A DNA stretch of 64,000 nucleotides. Source: Candidatus Bathyarchaeota archaeon (lineage in GTDB: Archaea > Thermoproteota > Bathyarchaeia > Bathyarchaeales > Bathycorpusculaceae). The notes beneath the pieces are model-generated. The model had not been told where the DNA came from. It saw only the letters and a list, made by a program, of their open reading frames with translations, and did not search any database. The position numbers were made by a program, and so were the translations under genes. The stretch covers positions 1,920,001 through 1,984,000 of the forward strand of contig OY970176.1 in assembly GCA_963707955.1 (NCBI GenBank). Direction: 5' to 3'. Shown piece after piece: positions 38,523 to 48,451 of this stretch. Position 1 is the first letter of the stretch; every line of letters starts with the position of its first letter.

Positions 38523-39739
38523 TCTTTTATAGCTCCCTTCATAGATGATGAATCTATCTTTTCCATAAATGACTTAACGTGACCGTCCAGATCTCCGGCG
38601 TTCTTCGGGGACACGAAGCACATTTCAAGTCTTTCTTCAAGGTTGACTTCGGCTAGCAGTTTTTTCAGCGAAGCGATGCGCTGCTCAGCTTCTTCGTTCC
38701 CTTTTTCCAGTTTGCACTCGTCCTTCTTGCAGGCTGCAACGAGAACGCCGTCGAAACCCAAATGGAACGCCTCGAGTATGTGCAACGTGTCCACTCTGCC
38801 CGCACACGGAAGTCCTTCAAACACGACGTTTTTGATAGCGGTTTTCCGGGGCAGGTCGAGGTTGGAAAACTCGCTCCATTGACAACCCAAAACCAGGATG
38901 ACCGGTTTCTTGTTTTTCTGTCTCATTCTCGGAATAAGCGAGCGATAGTTGCGAATCTGCTGGGAGATAGTTTCGTACTCGAAACCGTCCAGCTCGATGG
39001 CAAGCGCTGGACAGACTGCCACGCAGGCTCCGCAGCCTGAACAACTCTTTAAATCTAGCTGCGGCACTTTCGAGGCTTCCATCTTTATCGCGCTGTATGG
39101 GCAGATGTAGTGGCAGTTTCCGCAGCCAATACATCGGTCGCTGTCGATGTGCGCTTTTATTGACCGTTTCGTTATAGTCAAAGTGTCTGGCTTAAAACCT
39201 AGCTCACTTAAGAGGCTCTGAACTAGGACAAGTCTGCGCGTGCCAATCATGCTTCCATCTTTGAACCGGCAATATTTATCTTCGCAGGGCATTATCGCCA
39301 GCTTGTTTATTCCTGATGCTAGTGCTTTGAACAAAAATTCTGGTGGCACGCGTCCGACGCATGGCAAAATTACGGAGACGAAATTGTCAAAGTGCCGCTT
39401 GTCTAACTCGTCCGCAGTCACTTTCTCAGAGGAACCAGTACCCCGACATGTCAGAAGCAGCTTATCTGAGCCCGTCTTGTGCATGGTTTTTCCAATGTAG
39501 CTTAATAGTGAATCAGCATTGTAATAGATTGTCTCTATCGCCGAAGCTGGGCAAGCGCTGGAACAGATGCCGCAAGCTTGGCATTTTTCGATGTTTAACT
39601 TGATTTCGCCAGCTTTTTCTTCGAACGATATGGCGTCGAAGGGACAGACGGATGGGCAAATCATGCACCTGCCACAATTGACATCACTTATTCTTACGCT
39701 TGCTTCCATCCGCATCTTTTCACTCGGATTTTCGGTCAT
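38519..39739 (-). CDS. Tandem (ferredoxin-MvhD-like)x2 iron-sulfur protein
   Basis: Four CxxCxxCxxxCP motifs plus two MvhD-like units (LPCVGRV; GCQWS...LPCAGRV...DGVLVAAC..EC). Confidence 0.82.
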   Translation of the reverse strand: MTENPSEKMRMEASVRISDVNCGRCMICPSVCPFDAISFEEKAGEIKLNIEKCQACGICSSACPASAIETIYYNADSLLSYIGKTMHKTGSDKLLLTCRGTGSSEKVTADELDKRHFDNFVSVILPCVGRVPPEFLFKALASGINKLAIMPCEDKYCRFKDGSMIGTRRLVLVQSLLSELGFKPDTLTITKRSIKAHIDSDRCIGCGNCHYICPYSAIKMEASKVPQLDLKSCSGCGACVAVCPALAIELDGFEYETISQQIRNYRSLIPRMRQKNKKPVILVLGCQWSEFSNLDLPRKTAIKNVVFEGLPCAGRVDTLHILEAFHLGFDGVLVAACKKDECKLEKGNEEAEQRIASLKKLLAEVNLEERLEMCFVSPKNAGDLDGHVKSFMEKIDSSSMKGAIKE

Positions 39740-40000
39740 TTCAACCCTCCTAGAACCGACTTTGGCAGGTCAATGGTGGTGACAGTTCGGTCCTTCAATC
39801 TCGGATCGTTTCAAGAAGTTTGATACCAGAGTAGGTCTTTACAGATAAATGTTACTCGATAAACTCAGACAAACTAATCAACGTGCAGTGTGAAGTCACG
39901 TTGTGAAAACAGGCCGAGAACGGGCTGTGAATATGTCGAAGAGGAAATAGAACGTATCATGGGGCGAAAAAGGATGAACGCAGCTGTTGATCAAACACGC

Positions 40001-40807
40001 ATGAACGGAGAGATATTTCCGAGGTTCGTTGATGCGCACGTCCATCTGTCAGACAAAGAATATTCAGAATGTATTGACGAAATCCTACAGGAAGCTCGAA
40101 TGGCAAATGTTGTTGCTCTGGTCTCAAATTCTGTTGACCTAAAAACTAGCATCAAAAGCCTAGAGTTGGCTGGAAAATATGCTGGCTTGGTCTATGCTGC
40201 ACTGGGAATCCAACCTGTAAGCGTTGAGCACCTGGCTGAGGAGGAGCTTGAAAGAACGCTGAACTTGATTTCGAAGCAAGAGATGAACAAAGCAATGGTT
40301 GCCATTGGCGAGATAGGTTTGGACGCAAATCATATGAGCACTTGGAATGATCAGCTGAGGGTCTTTGATGAAATGCTGCACTGCGCTGAAAGAATGAGAT
40401 TGCCTATCATAGTCCATTCAAGGGGTGCTGCTGAACAGGTGATAGATAGGCTTCCATCATACAATTTGGTGAGAGTTCTGCTTCACTTTTTCACCGGCCC
40501 AGCTGATGCGTTGTCCAAGGCTATTGAGAATGGTTACTACGTCTCAGAGGGACCTGCGGCTGTGTACTCCGAAGGAATACGTGAAGTCGTGAGAAAAGTT
40601 CCGATAACGAACCTGCTGACTGAAACCGATGGGCCTGTGCGTTTCTACAAACCGCCTTTCAAAGGGAAAAGGACCACGCCGGCTTTTATCCCTGAAGTTG
40701 TGAGGGCGATCGCAAAAATCAAAGAGACGAGTGAACAGAGTGTTGCTGAGAAGATAGCCGGCAACTTTGATCAGTTCTTCACGTTGAAACTGAGCGTACC
40801 AAGGTAA
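40001..40807 (+). CDS. tatD: TatD-family hydrolase
   Basis: DAHVHL, IGEIGLD, VHSR, LTETDGP. Confidence 0.9.
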   Translation: MNGEIFPRFVDAHVHLSDKEYSECIDEILQEARMANVVALVSNSVDLKTSIKSLELAGKYAGLVYAALGIQPVSVEHLAEEELERTLNLISKQEMNKAMVAIGEIGLDANHMSTWNDQLRVFDEMLHCAERMRLPIIVHSRGAAEQVIDRLPSYNLVRVLLHFFTGPADALSKAIENGYYVSEGPAAVYSEGIREVVRKVPITNLLTETDGPVRFYKPPFKGKRTTPAFIPEVVRAIAKIKETSEQSVAEKIAGNFDQFFTLKLSVPR

Positions 40808-40881
40808 GTCTATGTTCCCAATGCTAAGGAGGAAAGCGGCCAAATTCGGTTTTTCTGAATTGAATATTGCAGTTCCGAGTG

Positions 40882-42852
40882 TTAGGTCCTTGTCCGTTTT
40901 CTCCTGGTCAGCATTGTTGCAGTCATCGTGGAAGCTATGAGTGCTGCAATCAAAGTAGTCATGAATGGGAATTCAGGAGCGACTGTTACTGGAGACTGTA
41001 GTGTAACCGTGTTGTCATCTGTGCTAACTTCGTATGGAACTGTGCTTGCTGTTGCCTTCAGCGTGTAGTTGCCGAGGAAGACTCCTGTCGTATTCCAAAC
41101 GAAGGTCAGAATTTGCGACTCGCCTGTTTCTAGAGTCACATTTTGCAAGCCTATCTCGACGGAATCATAATATAGCGTTACGTTGAATGTCTCCGTGTAG
41201 TTGCCAGGGTTAGATGCTGTTACGTTGACAGATATTGTTTGGTTCTGTTGAATGAGCGTTTCTTCTGGCACTATACTGACCACTGCTACGTCATGGACGG
41301 GCATTACGAAGAAGATTTTCACGTCCGTCGCGTTCGCGTTTCCCAGACTGTCGAAGAAGTATATTTTCCACGCTATTGCAGCGGAAGAGATCGTCTCGTT
41401 GCACCAAGTGAACTTCGCCGTCACCCAAGTGTTTGAAACCTCTCCAAGATCCTGCGGCTCTGTCAATGGCCACCTGACATATTCCACTCCCTGCTCTGAA
41501 AAACTATTGTGCAAGTTGTTGTCGCAGAACATCGGCCAATCACCCGAGCCGGGGCCTATATTGAAGGCGTAGAGGCCTGCATCGTTCGTGATGAACACGC
41601 AACCGTCGCCGATGCTGGGGCTCCCAAAGCCATAACTGTCAGGGCTCCCTAAGCCCAAATTGTAGGACCAGAGCACTCCGCCGTCAGTCTCGTTTATCGC
41701 GTAGAACGTTCCGTTCAGGGCTTGACAGTAGATGGCCCCGCCTGCCAATGCTGGGCTACAGTACGTGAGGTTTTGCAGAGTTCCGTCGTGAAGCGGTACG
41801 GTCTGCCAAAGTTCGGTTCCTGTTGCCAGGTCGAAAGCCCACATAGTCAAATTGCTGGGAATGAACACTTTGCCATCGTGAACCAGCGGAGTTCCCGTGC
41901 TTCCTTTTCCCTCAAACCTTCGTACGACCTCTCCATTTGTCTCGTTTAACACGTAGGTTGACCAGGATCCTCCAGTGTTGAATACAGCCTGAACGATCAT
42001 CCCATCATAGATCACTGGCGACGAGTCCCATGACGCTCCACAGTTTTGCTTCCATACCTGGTCTCCTGTCGTCGCGTTTAACGCGTACTGACCTGGTGGG
42101 TTGTAAACTGAAATGAAGACCATGCCGCTGTCATAGGCTACGGAGCCCACGATGTTTCCTATGTCTTTGCGCCACAGCACGTCTCCGTTGGTCTTGTTTA
42201 AAGCGTAGACTCCGGAACCAGAGTTGTAAGACGTGTCGTAGGACGTCGTGTAGTATACATATTCGCCGTTAACCAGTGGCGAGCCAACCCAAGTGTTGTT
42301 GTTTGGCTCTATGAACTGCCAGATCTCTTCTCCGTTGGTCCTGTTGAGTGCCATAGCTCTGGCGAAGGGCGTGGGTTCTTCGTTCGGTCCCATACATTCT
42401 CCAACGTAAACAACGTCACCATCTATGCAGGGAGACCCATCGCATTGCCTGACGGTGGTGTTCCAGATTATGGCGCCGTTCGTGGCGTTCACTGCGTAAA
42501 GTTTGTTGTCTCCTTTGGAAGGAGCGTAGAGTACGCCGTCCATGTAGGTCGCTGTGCCGAAGTTGTCGAACCCGAAGACAGTGTTCTGTACCCACAGAAG
42601 TGCGCTCGTTGTCTCATTTCTCCAAGTTCCTGTTTCATTCGTGGAAAGAACAGCCTTCTGCAGGGAAGATGTGTCCATGCCGTCTGCTTGCAAAGTGACG
42701 TATCCACCTTGCGGGATTATCAGCGCACCTTGCTGCTGGTTTCTCCATTGTGGACTGTTATTCATGCTCAAGCATCCTTTGACTAGACCAGCCGCCAGTA
42801 CAACAACTAGCACGGAAATGATGCTGAAAAGTGCAAATAGACATTTGCGCAA
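40882..42852 (-). CDS. Secreted PQQ-like beta-propeller/CARDB surface protein with PEF-CTERM anchor
   Basis: Signal peptide, repeated ALNxTxGxxxW blades, HDVAVVSI...N.G...ETFNV CARDB, PEF + TM + basic tail. Confidence 0.85.
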   Translation of the reverse strand: MRKCLFALFSIISVLVVVLAAGLVKGCLSMNNSPQWRNQQQGALIIPQGGYVTLQADGMDTSSLQKAVLSTNETGTWRNETTSALLWVQNTVFGFDNFGTATYMDGVLYAPSKGDNKLYAVNATNGAIIWNTTVRQCDGSPCIDGDVVYVGECMGPNEEPTPFARAMALNRTNGEEIWQFIEPNNNTWVGSPLVNGEYVYYTTSYDTSYNSGSGVYALNKTNGDVLWRKDIGNIVGSVAYDSGMVFISVYNPPGQYALNATTGDQVWKQNCGASWDSSPVIYDGMIVQAVFNTGGSWSTYVLNETNGEVVRRFEGKGSTGTPLVHDGKVFIPSNLTMWAFDLATGTELWQTVPLHDGTLQNLTYCSPALAGGAIYCQALNGTFYAINETDGGVLWSYNLGLGSPDSYGFGSPSIGDGCVFITNDAGLYAFNIGPGSGDWPMFCDNNLHNSFSEQGVEYVRWPLTEPQDLGEVSNTWVTAKFTWCNETISSAAIAWKIYFFDSLGNANATDVKIFFVMPVHDVAVVSIVPEETLIQQNQTISVNVTASNPGNYTETFNVTLYYDSVEIGLQNVTLETGESQILTFVWNTTGVFLGNYTLKATASTVPYEVSTDDNTVTLQSPVTVAPEFPFMTTLIAALIASTMTATMLTRRKRTRT

Positions 42853-43257
42853 ACTCGCGCCTTCCCTTAATAGACTTGATTCAACTGAACACTATTTATT
42901 CCTGTCGTCGCGTCAGATGGCTACCTTCTTAGTCCAAAATGTGCTCTAAAACGAAACTTTGTGTGCTCATTGAATAGACTGGGAACATTCACGTTTTCTT
43001 CTTGTCCTCTTTGAAACAGTATTCCCTTATGCTCCACAAGTCTGCCGCCGTTGTTCAAACCTTTTCGAACCTTTGGGTCCTTGCGGCCGCTTGAGGATTG
43101 AGGTTTTGAATTTTGACATTGAGAAAAGGGGCGATTCACGTGTTTTTGTTATAAAGAGGCAAGTTGGTCGGCGCGCTCTAAATGGCTCCGGGCAGGATAA
43201 CCCATGGGTTGTTACCCTAAATGTTATTAGGGCTCAGGCGAAATATCTTCGTATTAG

Positions 43258-44205
43258 GTGCCCGTTTTGGCGTCTCATCCGGTCTTGAACATTTTGAACG
43301 TTACAAAGTATTACGGAAAATTCAAGGCTTTGGACTCTGTTTCCTTCTCCGTAGACAAAGGTTGGGTGTACGGGTATCTCGGACCAAACGGGGCCGGCAA
43401 AACAACCACTATAAGAATTATGCTAGGTCTCCTCAAGCCAAATCAAGGGGAAGTTCAGATAACAGGTGCAAATCCATCCAAAGACCCTGTTCAGGCGTTC
43501 CGGTCTGTTGGGTATGCTTCGGAACTTCCAACGCTTCAAACTTTCTTCACTGCAGAACAATTGCTTGACTTTATGGGCAAAATGTTTGGGTTGTCCACGC
43601 AGACTAGGAAGGAAAAGACTCGGCAACTCCTCGACCTTGTCGGTTTGAAAGAGTGGGGCAAAAAGAAGATTGGAACCTACAGCAAAGGAATGGTTCAGAG
43701 GCTGTCTGTAGCCCTTGCCCTCATCAACGATCCAATGGTTCTGATTATGGACGAGCCAACTATAGGTATGGATCCAGAGGCCGCAGTTCATTTCAGAAGC
43801 CTTTTCATGAATCTCTCAAAGGAGGGCAAAACCATCTTTATATCATCTCACCTCTTGGACGAGGTTCAACGAATCTGCACTCACGTTGGAATGATAAACA
43901 AGGGAAAGATCGTTTTCAGCGGTCCAATTGAACAGGTCTTGGAAGCCTTCACTCAGCAATGGGTGGTGGAAGCCGAGCTTGAAAAAGTAACCGAAAGCAT
44001 AGTCTCAAGTCTTAGGGCGCTTGAGTCTGTGAGCGATGTGAAGGTGGACGGAAACAGACTAGTGATAGAGCTTAAGGAGAAAAAAGATGTGAGAGGCGAG
44101 ATCTCTTCAGAAATCTTCAGACAAAAAGGCGTGTTACTAAGCCTAAACCTCCGTAAGGTTACGTTGGAAGACGCTTATCTCCAAGCTCTAAAGGGAGGTC
44201 AATAG
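43258..44205 (+). CDS. ABC-2 type transporter ATP-binding protein
   Basis: GPNGAGKTT, YSKGMVQR, DEPT, SSH. Confidence 0.93.
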   Translation: MPVLASHPVLNILNVTKYYGKFKALDSVSFSVDKGWVYGYLGPNGAGKTTTIRIMLGLLKPNQGEVQITGANPSKDPVQAFRSVGYASELPTLQTFFTAEQLLDFMGKMFGLSTQTRKEKTRQLLDLVGLKEWGKKKIGTYSKGMVQRLSVALALINDPMVLIMDEPTIGMDPEAAVHFRSLFMNLSKEGKTIFISSHLLDEVQRICTHVGMINKGKIVFSGPIEQVLEAFTQQWVVEAELEKVTESIVSSLRALESVSDVKVDGNRLVIELKEKKDVRGEISSEIFRQKGVLLSLNLRKVTLEDAYLQALKGGQ

Positions 44206-44206
44206 C

Positions 44207-45010
44207 ATGGGTGCCCTTAGAAGAGTTGGTGTGATTGCTGGGTACGAGTGGAGGAGAGCCTTAGCTAAGAAGAAAATTCTCGCTCTCATAATTCTGGCCG
44301 TAGCATTTCAAACACTGGTAATGGTTGGAGAGCACGCGTTGTTTGCAGAGGGTTTCTTCACGACTGAAGTGTCCCTAATATGGATTACCGGCGTGGTAGA
44401 AGGTGGCTTGTTTGTTGAGTTGATAGCCATCATAGTTGGCGGCGGTTCAATGTCTGAAGAATATGAACATGGAACGGCTGACATATTGCTCTCCAAACCC
44501 ATTAAGCGGGTTGAGTACATGTCTGGGAAGTTCTTGGGCGGATTCTCCTTGTTGGCCATGGTTGAAGCCTTGATAACCTTTGTAGGCGTTGTCCTTTCAC
44601 TCGCGTTCTTTGGTGCACAGAGCGGCCTGCAATTTGCTCCGATAATGTTTTTGGCCATTGTATATTCTTCTCTCATTTTCTTCTGTTTATCATTCATGTT
44701 CAGCGAAGTCTTCAGAGGAACCACTCTCGCAATCCTGTTGGCCTTTGCAATATACATCGCCTCATCAGTCATAAGCCCGATCTTAACCTTTCTCTACGGC
44801 ACAAGCGCGCGGGCTCTTCCAACGTGGGCAGCAACAGAGTTCCTGTCGCTTGTCATGAGTGAACTGATAACTGGTTCCAGTGTGCTTCCTGCAGGTGACC
44901 TTGGGGCTCTTGCCCAAGCGTCATTGATCATAGCCGTCTACGCGATCGTATTCACTCTAATAGCAGCTTACAGACTCCTCAAGTCCGATGTTACAAAGAA
45001 AACGGACTGA
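44207..45010 (+). CDS. ABC-2 type permease
   Basis: EYEHGTADILLSKPIKR...GKF, six TM segments. Confidence 0.88.
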   Translation: MGALRRVGVIAGYEWRRALAKKKILALIILAVAFQTLVMVGEHALFAEGFFTTEVSLIWITGVVEGGLFVELIAIIVGGGSMSEEYEHGTADILLSKPIKRVEYMSGKFLGGFSLLAMVEALITFVGVVLSLAFFGAQSGLQFAPIMFLAIVYSSLIFFCLSFMFSEVFRGTTLAILLAFAIYIASSVISPILTFLYGTSARALPTWAATEFLSLVMSELITGSSVLPAGDLGALAQASLIIAVYAIVFTLIAAYRLLKSDVTKKTD

Positions 45011-45039
45011 ATTCGCACTAATGCCACATGAGACACATT

Positions 45040-45084
45040 GCGCGCTGGCTTGTCCCTAAATTAGCTTAATGGTAGCGCGCGCGC
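45040..45084. repeat. Symmetric site GCGCGC-N10-CTAAATTAG-N10-(GC)5
   Basis: Left half gcgcgctggcttgtccctaaatt matches the 24-bp element-end motif. Confidence 0.55.
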
Positions 45085-45239
45085 TGAAACCCATGTTCCA
45101 AAGCACTTGATCACCCATCAACAGCACCTTCACATTTGAAGACATTGAACTTTATTCAGATGAAAATTTATGGATAGAAAAAAGGGATTTTTGGCGGGCG
45201 ACCGTCACAATCTATCGTCTTTGTCTGCCAGTGTATGCA

Positions 45240-45536
45240 TTAATCGCACCAGCAGTTGAACATCTTTCGGCTTATGCCAGTAGTTCCACCTGCTCTTGCA
45301 ACCAGTTCTTTAAATTCGTTATCCTGTTTCGCTAAATATGCAATGATACAACCGGCACACAGAAGCAAACCTGCCACAAGAAAAAGGGTTACCGAAGTAA
45401 AGGATGATAGGTGAATGTTTGCCAGAAAAAACGCTGCCAAAAGAACATATAAGGTTAATGAAGCTATCATTAGTGCTCTACCCGCCATCAGTCGTCCAAC
45501 CACCTTTGTCACCTCCACCAGAAACCAACTGGCCAT
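45240..45536 (-). pseudogene. Degraded membrane protein gene
   Basis: Two TM segments; hydrophobic coding-like sequence continues upstream in another frame. Confidence 0.35.
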
Positions 45537-45621
45537 ACATCAGTGTGCCGAAGATACTGGCCAGGCCATACAGCAATATACCACCATTGCCCAAGATGTT
45601 GCCAACCCAGGATTCTCATCT

Positions 45622-46176
45622 TCAGATGTTTCCTCCCCCTCCATGAAAAGGATAATAAGGTTGATAGTCTCTGCGCTTTCCAACAGCGTCCATAATCACG
45701 GCTCCAATCGCCATCAGAACGGGCAACAGTAAGAATCCAATGACGCCTCCAAGAACGCCGCTGGGAAAGATTTTGAAGGCAAGATCCAGATATACGATGC
45801 AAGTCCAGGCGGCCATGCCCACAAGCGCGCCAACCCCAAGGAAAGCTATGCGTAAAATGCGTATCTCCAACCTTCTTTTCCAAACCCGCGATGTGAGATA
45901 GACTCCCAACAAAAGGCTAAAGAATGTGAGCATTATGGAAGAGATATCTAACGTCGGAGCTTCGGGAAAAAGAAATTTTATGGCCAGCAGCAACAACGCC
46001 AATATTACAATCGATATAACACAAGAGCGCCAAGGAAAGGGAAAGGAATCAGGGTTTTTGGCGCGCGTTGCTCTTATTCTTTGATGGCTCGGCAAAGTGG
46101 GTTCTTTTGGAAGCCAGCCTCGAATACGGTTCTCCAAATATTTCTTAGGATTCATGTATTCAAACAACCATTTCAT
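45622..46176 (-). CDS. Membrane protein with N-terminal MNPKKYLENRIRGWLPK motif
   Basis: Four TM segments; paralogous N- and C-termini with 46173-46640; alternative start 46155. Confidence 0.75.
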   Translation of the reverse strand: MKWLFEYMNPKKYLENRIRGWLPKEPTLPSHQRIRATRAKNPDSFPFPWRSCVISIVILALLLLAIKFLFPEAPTLDISSIMLTFFSLLLGVYLTSRVWKRRLEIRILRIAFLGVGALVGMAAWTCIVYLDLAFKIFPSGVLGGVIGFLLLPVLMAIGAVIMDAVGKRRDYQPYYPFHGGGGNI

Positions 46177-46640
46177 ATTGAAAGAGGCAACTGGTAGTTT
46201 CTTCGTTTGCCTATCCTATCACCTATAAACGCTCCTGTGATTAGAATTCCAATTATAACTATGATGTTAAACCAGCCCATAAGCCAGCCAGTCACATAAC
46301 GTCCAAGAAAGACTGCGTAGGCAACACTAATGACGAAGCCAAACGGTGTAATGCCCAACAGTACATACAAGGCTCTGTTTATCCTGAACGAAGGTTTTAC
46401 TCGAATATAGTATGCAATGCCAATGCAAATAAAAGCAAAAACTGTCCCGATAACTACTTGCTGGAGGGGCATGTGTAAAGCAAAGAAGGCAAGGATTCCC
46501 GAAGCTAAGGTTAAAATCACTACAGCTATCCATAAAGGTCTCCACCAGATAGGCTTTGACATCTTACGCAGATACAGTGTGACTGAATCTTTTGGAAGCC
46601 AGCCTCGAATGCGATCTTCCAAGTACTTCTTCGGATTCAT
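46173..46640 (-). CDS. Membrane protein with N-terminal MNPKKYLEDRIRGWLPK motif
   Basis: Four TM segments; ATGA overlap with the upstream HTH gene. Confidence 0.78.
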   Translation of the reverse strand: MNPKKYLEDRIRGWLPKDSVTLYLRKMSKPIWWRPLWIAVVILTLASGILAFFALHMPLQQVVIGTVFAFICIGIAYYIRVKPSFRINRALYVLLGITPFGFVISVAYAVFLGRYVTGWLMGWFNIIVIIGILITGAFIGDRIGKRRNYQLPLSI

Positions 46641-47104
46641 AATTCTGCATCCGGAACCAACTTACGGAATACTATACGGGCCAGCTTGGCTGGGTGAATC
46701 GTTGTGGCGTCTTCTATTTCTAAGTCTCTTTCTTTGGCTATGTCGAGCAAATACTCTCTGGTCTGCTTGAGGAAGTCTTGGTTGGTTTCTTCTTCGGGGT
46801 TATTGTGCCAGTACCACACTTTGATTCCGTGGCTTGTGGTGTAGGTGACAACAGCTTTCCGTTTAAGGACTGGATGATAACCAATGAGTAACGCTTCTTT
46901 TGGGTGCAATTCTGTTACTTGGAGATCGTTGACCCGCGCAACCTCCATCAGCGCCTTGGATAGTTTTGCTTCTGCTGTTTGTCTGGTCTGGTTGACGTAC
47001 TGCCTACTGGTCTTAAGCCTATCCGCAACATCAGCTACGGATAGCCCTTTGCTTGTCAAAGACCAAACGATTTTTTGCTTTTGGCTAAGTGGCGAAGCAA
47101 ACAA
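46637..47104 (-). CDS. HTH regulator (sigma70-region-4-like N-terminus)
   Basis: LSQKQKIVW...GLSVADVADRLKTSRQYVNQT; inverted repeat GTAAATA-N6-TATTTAC at 47128-47147 upstream. Confidence 0.75.
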   Translation of the reverse strand: MFASPLSQKQKIVWSLTSKGLSVADVADRLKTSRQYVNQTRQTAEAKLSKALMEVARVNDLQVTELHPKEALLIGYHPVLKRKAVVTYTTSHGIKVWYWHNNPEEETNQDFLKQTREYLLDIAKERDLEIEDATTIHPAKLARIVFRKLVPDAEL

Positions 47105-47548
47105 GTTTATCCCTTCGAGACTATTCAGTAAATAGTTATATATTTACAAATATTTAAGATTTACGCGCAGGGGCGCGCGCTACGTTTTGCAAGCAGTAGT
47201 TTTTCTCGCGCGCGCAGATTGCTACGATGTAAAGGTTCCGGTTCTTCCTTGCTTCTAGTAAAGCGTGTAAAATCAAGGCCTCCGTGTATGCTGCGCTACC
47301 AAGAGCGTGCCTCATCCGGTATTAAGCTTAAATCTATGTCGCGTATCCTCGGTTGGCCTCTCCCGTTTGTTCATGTTTTTCATTACTTCTCCAAAATCTG
47401 CAACCAGATTGGCGTTTAAGAATGGAAGGCGCGCTTATCGGGCCATCGCGCACTCTAGACTCTATGTTGGAAATGAGGCCACAGCCACCCACAGCACTCC
47501 TCGCGTGGCCGCTGGAGAGTCGCTACTAGTGCTTGCCGCAAAAGAAAC

Positions 47549-47598
47549 GGAGGGGGGTAGGTGTGTTGGACGAGTGAAAACGCGAAACAGGGGATGTT
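47549..47598. repeat. Second non-coding repeat family, copy 1
   Basis: ggagggggg...gacgag..aaaacgcgaa.acagg.atgt aligns with 56599-56650. Confidence 0.55.
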
Positions 47599-47629
47599 GT
47601 TGCTCTCAAATCTTGTTCAGCACCTTCGA

Positions 47630-48451
47630 CTAGTGGAAAAGCAATGCGATGAGAGGCGCAAGGCCTAAAGCCACTGGGAAGGGTAAACCGGGAAATATCC
47701 CCCTTCTTTCTAGCATCTTGAGGGCTAAGAAAGCTCCGATGAGGACGCCTGTGATCGAGACAATGCAGAGGGCAGGGCCTGCGTTGGACAGAACAAGTGC
47801 CGTGAGCATAGAATAAAAGGTCAGGTCGCCCAGCCCGATTTGGATATCCCTGAAAGAAACGCTTAGGCCGCGGAGCTGTTCGAGTCCAGTCTGGGCTATT
47901 TTTCCGACTGGTCCGCGGTAGACGGCGAAAACGTCGTAAGCAGCCAGAAAACTCAGGATCAAAACTGAGCTCAGTATGGGAATTGATATTCCTAGGAAGG
48001 CGCCGAGAGCTCCGCCGAGCAGCAATATTGCCAAGCTGTAGCCTCTGCCGCGTGCTCGAAAGACTGCTAGGTCGGCTAACACAGTGATGGGCACTGCGAG
48101 GACTAAAACGAGCACAGTGGTGTAGGGAACGTCGAAGATCGATAATGCAGCGTAGAGATACACCGATGAAAGCAGGAAGGCTGCGGCTGTGATGGCGAAG
48201 CCCGTGATCAGAGTGACCAACCTGAGGTTCCTGCGTTTCAGCAGCAGGTATATCAGAGTGGCGCCGACTGCTGCGAGAACGACGAAGTAAAGTCCGTTGC
48301 TCAGTGAGCCTTCGGTACTCTCTGGAAAAGGCGTGACCGCGTAGAGGGATACCGGTGCGATCAGCACTATTGCGGCGCAGAAGACTCCGACAAGTAGGCT
48401 TGCCGCTACTGGTAGCAAGTCAATGGGTTCTGCTCTAAACTTTTCCTTCAT
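47630..48451 (-). CDS. Presenilin-family GxGD intramembrane aspartyl protease
   Basis: YDVFAVY, GLGD, PGLP motifs. Confidence 0.88.
   Translation of the reverse strand: MKEKFRAEPIDLLPVAASLLVGVFCAAIVLIAPVSLYAVTPFPESTEGSLSNGLYFVVLAAVGATLIYLLLKRRNLRLVTLITGFAITAAAFLLSSVYLYAALSIFDVPYTTVLVLVLAVPITVLADLAVFRARGRGYSLAILLLGGALGAFLGISIPILSSVLILSFLAAYDVFAVYRGPVGKIAQTGLEQLRGLSVSFRDIQIGLGDLTFYSMLTALVLSNAGPALCIVSITGVLIGAFLALKMLERRGIFPGLPFPVALGLAPLIALLFH

Noticed and set aside
42921-43288. Short ORFs upstream of the ABC transporter
   Set aside because: No RBS, motif or composition support
47219-47420. Coding-like remnants between GC tracts
   Set aside because: Frames are interrupted and no family is recognisable
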